Positions 40,135 through 49,015 are shown, counted from the first letter of the stretch. The stretch: 64,000 nucleotides of DNA from an uncultured Candidatus Saccharibacteria bacterium (GCA_964365185.1 CAYIOP010000001.1:112673-176672), one strand, 5' to 3'. Numbers and translations: made by a program. Notes: generated by a model from the sequence alone, not told the origin.

Positions 40135-40911
40135 TTAACGGATTTCGTAGGTGACGTTCACTTGAATAGTAATTTCTTCAGTGCCGGGTTCAATTGAAAC
40201 CATTTGAGGAGCTGGGACCATTCCTTCTCCGCCCATGCCCATGGCTTTATCGTAATAAGGGTAGATGGGACCGTTGTTGAATTCATTAAAAGACACCACA
40301 CGCCCTAATCCCACACCCATACCCTTAGCCATTGATTCGGCTTTACTTCTGGCTTTTTCAAAGGCCTCTTTTCTAGCGATGACCAAGAATTCTTCCGGAT
40401 TTTCAACTGTAAAACTAACGCCGCTCACTTGATTAATGCCCAACTCTGGTAAACCGCCTAAGATTTTGGAGATTTTATCTAAATTCTTTTCCAAGTCCTT
40501 GATTTTTACTTGAACAGTTTGAGTTAAAGTATAACCAACAATAAACGACTGACCTTGATTTTTATGGTACTCGTATTTCGGATTTAAGCTGTATTGCGTA
40601 GTTTTTAAATCCTCGGCTGGAATGCCTTCTTCTTTAACGAACTTAATGCCTTCGGCTAATCTTTGATTATTGTCGCTGGCTACTTTGACCAAATCAACAC
40701 CTTCAGTGATAACTGAAAATGAAAATTGGGCTAGATCGGGCTTAACTGTGGTTTTGCCTTCGGCATTGACATAAAAAGTTCTCGAAGGAAAACGGGAATT
40801 ATTGATACTTGAGAGCATCGGCATCACAAAAAAGAAAATGCCGATGATTAAACCAGCCAGAAAGATATCTAGAAAAATCCAGAAATATGATTTGGCTTTA
40901 GAAGTTTCCAT
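40135..40911 (-). CDS. SIMPL (DUF541) domain protein, membrane-anchored
   Basis: N-terminal TM and a SIMPL-like domain ending ...EITIQVNVTYEIR. Confidence 0.6.
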   Translation of the reverse strand: METSKAKSYFWIFLDIFLAGLIIGIFFFVMPMLSSINNSRFPSRTFYVNAEGKTTVKPDLAQFSFSVITEGVDLVKVASDNNQRLAEGIKFVKEEGIPAEDLKTTQYSLNPKYEYHKNQGQSFIVGYTLTQTVQVKIKDLEKNLDKISKILGGLPELGINQVSGVSFTVENPEEFLVIARKEAFEKARSKAESMAKGMGVGLGRVVSFNEFNNGPIYPYYDKAMGMGGEGMVPAPQMVSIEPGTEEITIQVNVTYEIR

Positions 40912-40926
40912 GTTTTTAATTTAGTT

Positions 40927-41685
40927 TTAAGGGAATTGATTAGATATTTTAATTATTTTCTGAAACTCTTGTAAATTTAAACTAGCGCCACCGACCAAAA
41001 CGCCGTCTATCTCGTTGTGTTGAATAATACGGCCGACATTTAAAGATGTTACCGAACCGCCGTAGAGTATTTTAGGTTTTAGGTTATAGGTTATAGGTTT
41101 TAGAAATTCTCGAATGAAGTTGACCATTTCGAGGATAAAGGAGGGGGTTTCTTTAAGCGAGCGGTCGCGGCTGGTGCTGATGGCCCAGATGGGTTCGTAG
41201 GCGATGAGAATGTTAGATGATCGAAATGTTCGAATGTTCGAAATGTTTTTTAGATTATTCTTTATCTGGGAGGCGACGAATTTTTTGGCCACGGGGACGC
41301 CTTTCTTGCGAACGATGGCTGGCTCACCCACACACAAAATTACCTTAAGCCCGGCGCGAAGCGCGTCTTTAATCTTTTGGCTCACAATTTCATCGGTGTC
41401 GCCCAAAGCGCGCCGTTCGGAATGACCAATAATAACATAACTGACGCCTAATCTTTTGAGCATCACGGCTGAAACCTCGCCGGTAAATGGACCGGCAATT
41501 ACTTCTTCTCTAGAAACATCTTGGCTGCCAAGCTTGGCTTTTTTCAAAATGCGACTGACTCGATTTAAAAATACAAACGGTGGGCAGACCACCACGTTTT
41601 TTTTATCGGAAATTTTGGCCAGCTTGAGAGCGCCGGATTCACTGGTAGGGTGCATCTTCCAATTAGCAATTATTATTTTAGCCAT
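40927..41685 (-). CDS. tpiA: Triosephosphate isomerase
   Basis: ANWKMHPT, IIGHSERR, AYEPIWAI, and a GG(A/S)V-type C-terminal motif. The coding sequence contains TTAGGTT-type short tandem repeats. Confidence 0.9.
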   Translation of the reverse strand: MAKIIIANWKMHPTSESGALKLAKISDKKNVVVCPPFVFLNRVSRILKKAKLGSQDVSREEVIAGPFTGEVSAVMLKRLGVSYVIIGHSERRALGDTDEIVSQKIKDALRAGLKVILCVGEPAIVRKKGVPVAKKFVASQIKNNLKNISNIRTFRSSNILIAYEPIWAISTSRDRSLKETPSFILEMVNFIREFLKPITYNLKPKILYGGSVTSLNVGRIIQHNEIDGVLVGGASLNLQEFQKIIKISNQFP

Positions 41686-41788
41686 CTTGGAATTATTATA
41701 ACTTATCTATTGAAATCCTGGAAAATATGCTATATTGATAAAGGTAACTCTTTTGGTTTTTAACTTTTTTCTTTTCCAAGGAGGAGAA

Positions 41789-41947
41789 GAATGAAACGGG
41801 ATAGGAATGAAAAATTGAGGGAAGAGAGGAAAAATCCCTCAGCGAACGTCGAACGATTTTTGGCGTGCAGTCCGGATCAGGATATCCGTCAGCCGCACTC
41901 CGTAAAATTCAAGCGTGAATCCCGGAAAAACAAGAGGCGCTAATTAT
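41789..41947 (+). CDS. Possible small basic protein (52 aa)
   Basis: Strong SD AAGGAGGAG 6 nt before the ATG. Followed by hairpin terminator GTCCACC...GGTGGAC and a T-rich run (41972-42000). Confidence 0.3.
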
Positions 41948-42113
41948 TTAATAGGAGGAAAAAGTTTTAGTCCACCTGCGTTCGGGTGGACTTTATTTAT
42001 CACACGAAAGCGCGCCTACGGTCTTTGACCTTCGGCAACACGAAAGCCCCACACGAATTTAAACACACGAAATTTGCTCACTTAATAAATTTAAGTTAAT
42101 TTATCTAGGAGAT

Positions 42114-42135
42114 GGCCCTATCGTCTAATGGCTAG
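42114..42135 (+). repeat. 22-nt duplicate of the 5' end of tRNA-Glu (GGCCCTATCGTCTAATGGCTAG)
   Basis: Exact copy of tRNA positions 1-22 (42427-42448). The GIY-YIG gene lies between this copy and the intact tRNA. Confidence 0.85.
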
Positions 42136-42181
42136 CCCTCCGGAGGAGGGTCCTCCTTCGGAGGAGACGCACAAAGATGAA

Positions 42182-42448
42182 ATGAATTGTTTTCTCTATG
42201 TATTAAAGAATAAAAATAAAAACTGGCATTATATTGGAGTTACCTCTAACCTAAAGAAGAGGTTGGAATATCACAATCGCGGTAAAGTTAAATCAACTCG
42301 ACCTTATGTTCCACTTACGCTTGTATATTCAGAAAAATTTAATAATAATAGTGAAGCCCGCAAGCGAGAAAATTTTCTAAAAAGGACAGCTCGAGCAAGA
42401 GAAGATTTATTCGAAAAAATAGATTTGGCCCTATCGTCTAATGGCTAG
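42182..42448 (+). CDS. GIY-YIG nuclease family protein (YhbQ/UPF0213-like, 88 aa)
   Basis: FLYVLKNKNKNWHYIGVTSNLKKRLEYHNRGKV...RPYVPLTLVYSEKFNNNSEARKRENFLKR is a GIY...YIG...R...E...N motif. The longest ORF starts at 42128 inside the tRNA-fragment copy, so the internal Met at 42182 is preferred. The stop codon lies inside the intact tRNA. Confidence 0.7.
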   Translation: MNCFLYVLKNKNKNWHYIGVTSNLKKRLEYHNRGKVKSTRPYVPLTLVYSEKFNNNSEARKRENFLKRTARAREDLFEKIDLALSSNG

Positions 42449-42498
42449 GACGGTTGGTTCTCAGCCAGCAAATCGGGGTTCGATCCCCCGTAGGGCTG
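42427..42498 (+). tRNA. tRNA-Glu (anticodon CUC)
   Basis: Cloverleaf: acceptor GGCCCUA/UAGGGCU, D-stem GUCU/GGAC, anticodon stem GUUGG/CCAGC with loop UUCUCAG, T-arm CGGGG-UUCGAUC-CCCCG, discriminator G. No CCA encoded. Terminator at 42510-42540. Confidence 0.85.
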
Positions 42499-42695
42499 CT
42501 TTTAGAAAAATAAAAGCCCTTAGGGAAGGCTTTTATTTTTTCTACAGTGGAGATTTCATTACGGAGGATCGAACTAAGAGGGGTCGGGAGAACATTTGGT
42601 CTCCCGTGTCGGAATGAGTCCGGCAACTGCCGGACGGATTCAAAACCGAGGGTTTTGAAAGAGTCCCGCCGAAGGGGGACGACGTGAGATTCCCC

Positions 42696-42710
42696 CGTAG
42701 GGCTGCTATT
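42696..42710 (+). repeat. Duplicate of the tRNA-Glu 3' end (CCCCCGTAGGGCTGC), preceded by a degenerate T-arm
   Basis: GGGGGacgacgugagauuCCCCCGUAGGGCUGC mirrors the tRNA T-arm and 3' acceptor. The roughly 200 bp between tRNA and copy is highly structured and non-coding. Confidence 0.6.
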
Positions 42711-42736
42711 GACATTTTAATTATATATGCTAGAAT
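42709..42736 (+). promoter_or_regulatory. Sigma70-like promoter for the 42838 ORF
   Basis: TTGACA, 16-nt spacer, TAGAAT. SD GGAGGTG ahead of the ATG. Confidence 0.5.
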
Positions 42737-42837
42737 ATAATTAGTAATTCCTATTTGTATGAGTAGGTCGTTCCCTGTGGAATAAGGGTAAAGTCCTGAC
42801 CTTATAGGATTTAACAATTTTTTATTGGAGGTGTTGT

Positions 42838-43107
42838 ATGACACAACTTTTGCAGATTAATGGGGGGCCGTCCAAATTCGATTTAATGATTTCTTTGTTT
42901 GGCGAAGGAAGGATGTCAGTCTTATTTAGCGGAGTTTCGAATGAATCGGGAAAGTTTTCGGAGGATGTTTATATAACTTCCCTTGAGAAAGAAAGTGGAG
43001 ATGGAGAAAGCTGGAACTTCCGAGGTTACGCCAGCGGAAATAGGAAAGTTGAAGGGTTTTTTTCAACTCTTCATCGAACCGGCCACATAAAATTTGTAGA
43101 GGAGTAG
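42838..43107 (+). CDS. Hypothetical protein
   Basis: 89-aa ORF with promoter, SD, and a strong terminator at 43128-43167. Confidence 0.5.
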   Translation: MTQLLQINGGPSKFDLMISLFGEGRMSVLFSGVSNESGKFSEDVYITSLEKESGDGESWNFRGYASGNRKVEGFFSTLHRTGHIKFVEE

Positions 43108-43178
43108 AGCTAAGACCTCATTGTAGAGTCGCCCGACAGGCAAACCTGTCGGGCGATATTTTTTTAAAATATTTATAT

Positions 43179-43754
43179 TCACAAAACCGATTTTACGATT
43201 TCAACGTAAATTCTAGCGTTTTCTTCGGCTCTCTCTTCGCCGGAAAAATGGCCCTTGTCTTCATATGTTATAAGTTCCGCGTCTAGTTCGCTGGCGATTT
43301 GAACTCCTTGTTCATAAGGAATAGAATCATCGTCTTTAGAATGTAGCACAAGAAATTTATTGGCTAATTTTTTTATTTTTTCGATATCCAGCGCATAGTC
43401 GAAAAAATCCGAATAATTTTCATTTTTTCTTTTACGATTTTCGCGATAATCATTGTTAAAGGCGGCGATTAAAATGACGGCATCAACTTTTTGATTGTAT
43501 TTATCTAAATACAAAAGAGCGGTTCGGGTGCCTAAACTATGACCAACCAAAACCACCGGTTTATCTGAATTTTTTACTTCTCGGTCGACAATTTCCAACC
43601 ACTCTTGACTATGAGGATTTTCGCCGCCTGGGAGAGCTGGAATGGAATAATCGACACCTAAATCGGTTAAGGTTTTAGCTATAATCTGCCATTTCCTTTT
43701 TTTGGGCGACGTTGGCAACGAATTGTAGCCGTGAATAAAAATAACTTTTTTCAT
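43179..43754 (-). CDS. Alpha/beta-fold serine hydrolase (YdeN/RBBP9-like)
   Basis: GHSLG nucleophile elbow (VVLVGHSLGTRTAL), about 190 aa. Confidence 0.6.
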   Translation of the reverse strand: MKKVIFIHGYNSLPTSPKKRKWQIIAKTLTDLGVDYSIPALPGGENPHSQEWLEIVDREVKNSDKPVVLVGHSLGTRTALLYLDKYNQKVDAVILIAAFNNDYRENRKRKNENYSDFFDYALDIEKIKKLANKFLVLHSKDDDSIPYEQGVQIASELDAELITYEDKGHFSGEERAEENARIYVEIVKSVL

Positions 43755-43801
43755 TTTAAAATTAGTGGGGACGATTTGAGTCGTCCCCTTTTTTGAATTT
43801 C

Positions 43802-43981
43802 CTAGTCGTGTCTGAATGGACTTTTGCTATGCGGGCCGCGATGGACCAGTGGTTTGACTTGGATTGTTTGGCCGCACTCTGGACACTTCAGTTGCGCCGG
43901 AAAAGTTGAATCTTCTGTTTTATGAAGTAGTTGCTGGTAGCCGCAAGTACAGGAAATTTGATGAGTATATTCGGGGAACAA
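43802..43981 (-). CDS. Possible small zinc-ribbon protein (TTG start, about 60 aa)
   Basis: GGAGGT SD 7 nt before a TTG. Translation contains CTCGY...CPECG. Not in the ATG-only ORF list. Confidence 0.25.
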   Translation of the reverse strand: MFPEYTHQISCTCGYQQLLHKTEDSTFPAQLKCPECGQTIQVKPLVHRGPHSKSPFRHD

Positions 43982-44054
43982 TTTTACCTCCGTATTTTAA
44001 ATTGCGATGTTTTTTCTGATTAAAGTATAACATAAAGAGTTTTGATTTAAAAGA

Positions 44055-45335
44055 TCAATTTTCGCCTAAATTTTGAAGGTCGAATTCTTTTAGAACTTGG
44101 ATTTCTTGCACGATTTCATTCATCCGCATTACGTGCGAGCCCTTTACCAAAATCAAATCCCCTTTTTTTAGCAAACTTTCAACTGGTTTTTTGGCTTCAT
44201 CCACATCATTAAACTCATAAAGATTACTTTTTTTGAAGCCATTTTTTAAGGCGGACTCGGCAATAGATTTTGCAGCCCGGCCCACGGTAACTAGAATATC
44301 CGCCACGCCTACGGCCAGACGGCCAATTTCCTCGTGCGCTTCTAATGTATACGAACCAATTTCAGTCATGTCGCCCAAGACCGCGATTTTTCTTTTACCA
44401 GGCAATTCCAACAAAGTATCGAGGGCCGCGTGCATTGATAAGGGACTGGCGTTATAGCTGTCGTCTAAAATGTAAGTTTCTTTCTGGCCTTCGATCAGCC
44501 GCATTCGGCCTTCGACCGGCTGATAATTTTTTAGGGCTTCGGAGATGCGAATTAAATTTAGACCAAAGACCAAACCAACACAGGCGGCGGTCGCGGCCGC
44601 ATAACCTTGAGCTTTTCCGAAGACGCCGTTGATTTTAACCGGCACCATACTGCCGCCGTATTCAAGTTTAAAATTAATGCCCAAGGGTTTTAATCCTTCG
44701 GAGCGAACAGTAAAATTAGTGATTCTTACATCCGCCCCTCGGCCAAAACCAAAGGTCATCACGTTTCCCCGAGTACGGTCTTTAAGCGCCATCACGGTTT
44801 CGTCGTCGTAATTTAAAATAGCAAAACCGGAAACCGGCAAGAATTCTATGAGCCGTCCTTTTTCTCGAGCCAACTCTTCGGGCCCGGCGAAAAACTCAAC
44901 GTGAACCGGGATCTCGCCGATCGCGGTGATAATCGAGATATTCGGCCTGGCAATTGATAAAAGATATTTCATATCGCCGGGTTTATCCACGGCGTACTCC
45001 AAAATTAAAAGTTCTGGATAGAGGCGACGGAACGCCAGAAAACTTTTAATAATTTGAATCGTGGCGGAGAGAATAACTTTCGGCCAAAAAAACAGCCCTT
45101 TTATTTCCGGCCACTCCCCTAAAATAGTCAGCGGCAGGCCAATTTCATTATTAAAGTTTTTCTTGGCAAAGCGTAAATGACGATCGCTGCCCAAGACCGC
45201 GGCCACGGCCGCTTTGGTTGAGGTTTTGCCAACGCTGCCTGTAATGCCAATAATGCCCGGTCGCGCCCGCCAAATCATCAATTTAGCCAGTTGTTTTAAA
45301 ATGCGCTTGAGGATATTTCTGAATTGATCTTTCAT
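44055..45335 (-). CDS. murF: UDP-MurNAc-tripeptide--D-Ala-D-Ala ligase (MurF-like Mur ligase with a very short N-terminal domain)
   Basis: P-loop GITGSVGKTSTK about 30 aa from the start, and the MurF-type NNEIGLPLT motif. Lies in the dcw cluster after ftsI. Confidence 0.7.
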   Translation of the reverse strand: MKDQFRNILKRILKQLAKLMIWRARPGIIGITGSVGKTSTKAAVAAVLGSDRHLRFAKKNFNNEIGLPLTILGEWPEIKGLFFWPKVILSATIQIIKSFLAFRRLYPELLILEYAVDKPGDMKYLLSIARPNISIITAIGEIPVHVEFFAGPEELAREKGRLIEFLPVSGFAILNYDDETVMALKDRTRGNVMTFGFGRGADVRITNFTVRSEGLKPLGINFKLEYGGSMVPVKINGVFGKAQGYAAATAACVGLVFGLNLIRISEALKNYQPVEGRMRLIEGQKETYILDDSYNASPLSMHAALDTLLELPGKRKIAVLGDMTEIGSYTLEAHEEIGRLAVGVADILVTVGRAAKSIAESALKNGFKKSNLYEFNDVDEAKKPVESLLKKGDLILVKGSHVMRMNEIVQEIQVLKEFDLQNLGEN

Positions 45336-46984
45336 AAATCATTATTAACACTGGATTCTAGGCGATCCGGAGGAAGATTATAGTAAGTTAAAATAAATTG
45401 CGCGAGTTCCCGAAAAGCCGGAACAACTGTGGTGCCGGCTAGGGGCGCGCCTTTGGGATCGTCAAGTTTGATTAAAATCACGAATTTAGAATTGTTGGTT
45501 GGGCCGAAACCGATATAGGTGTTGATAACTTTGTCGGTGTAGCCGCCATTTTCAAAATCGGGAATCTGAGCAGTGCCGGTTTTGCCGGCTAAGGCGTAGC
45601 TTTTGATTTGACCGATTTCGGCTTTATCTAACGCCGAGACCATCATGGTTGTCACTTCTTTAGCAGATTTTTCGCTAATAACCCGGCGAATTTCCTTTGA
45701 CCCAAGTTCAGAGTTTAGATAAGGACGCAGCAAGCGGCCACCATTAGCGATAGCCGAGAAAGCGTTGATTAATTCGAGAGGTGTGATTGCCACACCTTGG
45801 CCAAAAGAAGCGGTGGCAAAAGCCACTTCCGGAGCTCTCTCTTTTAGACGATTCAAATTACCACCTAATTCGCCGGGCAAATCAGCGCCGGTTTTTTCGC
45901 TGAACCCAAATTTTTCCAAGTAGTTTCTAAAAATTGAATGACCAGTGGCTTTTTCAGCAAAAGCGGCGCCGGTGTTGATTGATTTTTCAAGCACATTAGT
46001 CATTGTAACCCGACCGTGAGCTTTCAAGTCCCAATTTTTTATTTCACGGCCGCTGACTTTTAAAATACCAGTGTCGTTAAAAGCGGTCTCGGGAGTAATT
46101 TTTCCGGAATCAATGCCCGCGGCCATAGTGATAACTTTAAAAACCGAGCCGGGTTCATAAATAGCTTGGACTGATGGATTTAAAAATGATTCTAAAGTAA
46201 ATTTTCCGTATTCATTCGGATTAAAACTTGGCTGGCTCTCCATGGCTAAAATTTTTCCGGTTTGCGGCTCCTGGACAATAATCGTGCCGCCTTTGGCTTC
46301 TTGTTTAGTGATTAAAGAATCCAAAATCTTCTGAGCTTCTTTTTGAATATTAGAGTCGATGGTTAAAATTAAATCTTTGCCAGCTTTGCCTTCGGTGATT
46401 TTGCCATCTTCACCATTCCCTTCTTGGCCAGATAAAGTTTTTTCGTAAAAGCGCTCAAGCCCATATTGGCCAACTTCACCTTCGGAATCTTCGCTCGATG
46501 CGGTAAATCCTAAAACATGGGACATTAAAGAATTAAAAGGATAAAGCCGATCGGTTTCAAAAGTAGTGTAGATGCCTTTAATCTTTAAATTATTAACTCG
46601 GATAATTAATTCAGCTGGAGCTTTTTTGATTAAGAGTTGATATAGGTTATCTGATTTGGAAAGTTTTTTTTCAAGCTCTTCCACTGATATATCTAAAATC
46701 GGCGTTAACTGATGTGCTGTTTCTTTATAGTCCTCAATTTCTTTCGGAACTGCGTAGATGACCGGAAAATCTCGATTTAAAACAACGGCCAGGGTTTTGT
46801 TTTTTTTGTCAGTAAAAAAAATTTTGCCCCTAAGGGCTTTAAATAATCCGGAGGCGGCATATTGGGACTCGGCTCGAGCCCGATAATTTTGGTTGTCGGA
46901 AATTTGAATCTGATAAAGCTTAAAAATCAAAAATGAATAAACGATAATAAAAATCGAAATAATTGTAATAAATCGGAATTTCAT
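45332..46984 (-). CDS. ftsI: Peptidoglycan D,D-transpeptidase (PBP2/FtsI class B PBP)
   Basis: N-terminal TM, then SXXK (GSVFK), SXN (KSINTG) and KTGT (GKTGTAQ) motifs. Confidence 0.9.
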   Translation of the reverse strand: MKFRFITIISIFIIVYSFLIFKLYQIQISDNQNYRARAESQYAASGLFKALRGKIFFTDKKNKTLAVVLNRDFPVIYAVPKEIEDYKETAHQLTPILDISVEELEKKLSKSDNLYQLLIKKAPAELIIRVNNLKIKGIYTTFETDRLYPFNSLMSHVLGFTASSEDSEGEVGQYGLERFYEKTLSGQEGNGEDGKITEGKAGKDLILTIDSNIQKEAQKILDSLITKQEAKGGTIIVQEPQTGKILAMESQPSFNPNEYGKFTLESFLNPSVQAIYEPGSVFKVITMAAGIDSGKITPETAFNDTGILKVSGREIKNWDLKAHGRVTMTNVLEKSINTGAAFAEKATGHSIFRNYLEKFGFSEKTGADLPGELGGNLNRLKERAPEVAFATASFGQGVAITPLELINAFSAIANGGRLLRPYLNSELGSKEIRRVISEKSAKEVTTMMVSALDKAEIGQIKSYALAGKTGTAQIPDFENGGYTDKVINTYIGFGPTNNSKFVILIKLDDPKGAPLAGTTVVPAFRELAQFILTYYNLPPDRLESSVNNDL

Positions 46985-46989
46985 TTCAC

Positions 46990-47316
46990 TTACCTAAAAT
47001 TGGCGCTTAGAATTATTGATTCTTGCGATGTTGATTCGAAATAAGACGGACTTTTTTCGGATATTAGGCCTTTTTCGGCAATAAAGATTTTAACCTCGTC
47101 ACTATTTAAAATCGAAAAGACCGCTTCTTTAATCTCAGCCACCTTGGCTTGTTCCCTCTCAATTTCGTTGTTAATGCCGGAAATATCGTGTTTTAAGCTA
47201 ACAACTTGATTGTACATAACAACCAAAAAGAAAATGCCAATAATTATCCCCAACCCCATAGCAAGATAAATAAAATCAAGGGTTTTTCGTTCTTTTTTGG
47301 GTTCGAGGAAAGTCAT
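46990..47316 (-). CDS. ftsL: FtsL-like cell division protein
   Basis: Small bitopic protein with a TM and coiled coil, sitting between rsmH and ftsI. Confidence 0.45.
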   Translation of the reverse strand: MTFLEPKKERKTLDFIYLAMGLGIIIGIFFLVVMYNQVVSLKHDISGINNEIEREQAKVAEIKEAVFSILNSDEVKIFIAEKGLISEKSPSYFESTSQESIILSANFR

Positions 47317-47356
47317 TTTAATTAGTATTTAAGATTTAGGATTTAGGGTTCGGCAT

Positions 47357-48256
47357 TTAGATAATTTGGATGGCTCGAAGTTTGGCGGAGTGGCTTCGAA
47401 AATTTAGTTTGATTTCTTTTTCTTCGGGTGTAATTGGTTTTTTTGTTAAAATTTTTCCTTTGTTCTCCTTCTCTATTTTTTGAAAATATTTTTTTATTAA
47501 AGCGTCTTCTAAAGAATGAAAGCTGATGATGATTGCCCGACCACCTATATTTAAAACATCACCGAGGCGAGATAAAATTTTTTCCAGATTTTCAAGTTCA
47601 CTGTTTGCGTAAATTCTTAAGGCCTGAAAAGTTCTGGTGGCGGGATCGATTCGACTTTTGTTCCGGCCGCTGCCTCGTTCATAACTTTTGGGAAGCGCCT
47701 GACGAATAATGTTGGCTAGTTCTGAGCTAGAAATAATTCGACTATTACGACTGCTTTTTTTGATGGCTCTTGCAATAGCTCGTGAATATCTTTCTCCGCT
47801 AAATTTAAAAATGATGTCGGCGAGGTCTTGTTCTTTTAGTTCGCGAATGATTTCGGCCACTGGTTTCTGTTTCGAGGAATAAGTCATGAAAAGCGGTTCG
47901 TCGTGCGTGAAACTGAACCCTCGATTGGAATTCTCGATTTGCTCGGAAGAAAATCCCAGGTCCAGGAGCAAGCCGTCGGCTTTGCTTAATTTTTTCTCTT
48001 TTAGAATTTCCGGAATCTCGGCGTAGTTGCCGGAGATTAAAATTACTTTGGAATTACGACTGACAATTTTTTCTTTGGCTCTTGCGATTAAACTTTCATC
48101 CCAATCAATTCCCAAAAGAGTGCCGTGTGGTGAAATTTTTTCCAAAATTTCCTTCGCGTGTCCGCCGCCATTCACTGTTCCATCGATAACGAAACTGCCT
48201 GGTTTGGGATCGAGATATTCGACGACTTCTTTTAAAAGAACCGGTTGGTGGGACAT
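47357..48256 (-). CDS. rsmH: 16S rRNA (cytosine1402-N4)-methyltransferase
   Basis: MSHQPVLLKEVVEYL...DGTVNGGGHA, the RsmH/MraW signature. Confidence 0.9.
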   Translation of the reverse strand: MSHQPVLLKEVVEYLDPKPGSFVIDGTVNGGGHAKEILEKISPHGTLLGIDWDESLIARAKEKIVSRNSKVILISGNYAEIPEILKEKKLSKADGLLLDLGFSSEQIENSNRGFSFTHDEPLFMTYSSKQKPVAEIIRELKEQDLADIIFKFSGERYSRAIARAIKKSSRNSRIISSSELANIIRQALPKSYERGSGRNKSRIDPATRTFQALRIYANSELENLEKILSRLGDVLNIGGRAIIISFHSLEDALIKKYFQKIEKENKGKILTKKPITPEEKEIKLNFRSHSAKLRAIQII

Positions 48257-48331
48257 GAATTATGTAGCATGTAACATGTAGTAATAAGCAGGGTGAATTT
48301 GTGTTATATGTTATATGTTTCGTGCTATGTG

Positions 48332-48763
48332 TTATATGCCCAGCTCCCCTAACTTCTCCGCTATCTCATCGGACGAACCTTCGGTCTTGGATTTATACTT
48401 TTCCCATCGCTCTGTATCCCAGACCTCAATTCGATTCATAAGTCCGGTTACAACCACTTGCTTAGAGAGACCGGCGTATTTTCTTAAATAATCAGGAACT
48501 AAAATTCTGCCTTGCGAATCAACCTCAACATCCATCGCTCCGGAGAGCATCAACCGAACAAAAGCGCGAGAGTTCGCTTGAGCTAAGGGAAGAGCCACTA
48601 ATTTTTGCGCGAGTACTTCCCATTCTTTGTTAGTAAAAATAAATAAACAGTTATCAAGCCCGCGAGTGATGATGGCGCCGGATTTTAATTCTTCGCGGAA
48701 TTTCGCCGGAATCGCCATTCGACCTTTGATATCTAAATTGTGTTTAAATTCTCCAAGTAGCAT
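48332..48763 (-). CDS. mraZ: Transcriptional regulator MraZ
   Basis: FKHNLDIKGRMAIPAKFR and a second DxxGR(I/V)xxP repeat. Confidence 0.9.
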   Translation of the reverse strand: MLLGEFKHNLDIKGRMAIPAKFREELKSGAIITRGLDNCLFIFTNKEWEVLAQKLVALPLAQANSRAFVRLMLSGAMDVEVDSQGRILVPDYLRKYAGLSKQVVVTGLMNRIEVWDTERWEKYKSKTEGSSDEIAEKLGELGI

Positions 48764-49015
48764 CGGTTCGTTATTGGTTATTAGTTGATGGTTATTAGTT
48801 ATTAGTCAGCCCCAGGTTCTAGCCATTAGCCACTAGAGAGAAGGTTGCCCTCACAACAAACTTCTTTTTCTCTAATGACTACTGGTTAGATCCCGGAAAA
48901 AGTTCTGCACAGAAAGTGCCAGTTATCCCCAATTTCATCCACAATTCCCCACTTCCGTTTAATAATAAGCCACTTTTGCAGTTTGTCAAAACAGCGACTT
49001 ATGACTCTAGAAATA

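Noticed and set aside
42128-42181. Upstream extension of the GIY-YIG ORF (MASPPEEGPPSEETHKDE...)
   Set aside because: These codons are encoded by the duplicated tRNA 5' fragment and the GGAGG palindrome. The GIY-YIG domain starts at the internal Met at 42182, which has an SD-like GGAGGAG upstream.
42540-42710. Possible second tRNA or tmRNA downstream of tRNA-Glu
   Set aside because: Only the 3' acceptor and a degenerate T-arm match. There is no 5' acceptor strand, D-arm or anticodon arm, and no GGGG 5' end or tag ORF for tmRNA. It is better explained as an att-like duplicate.
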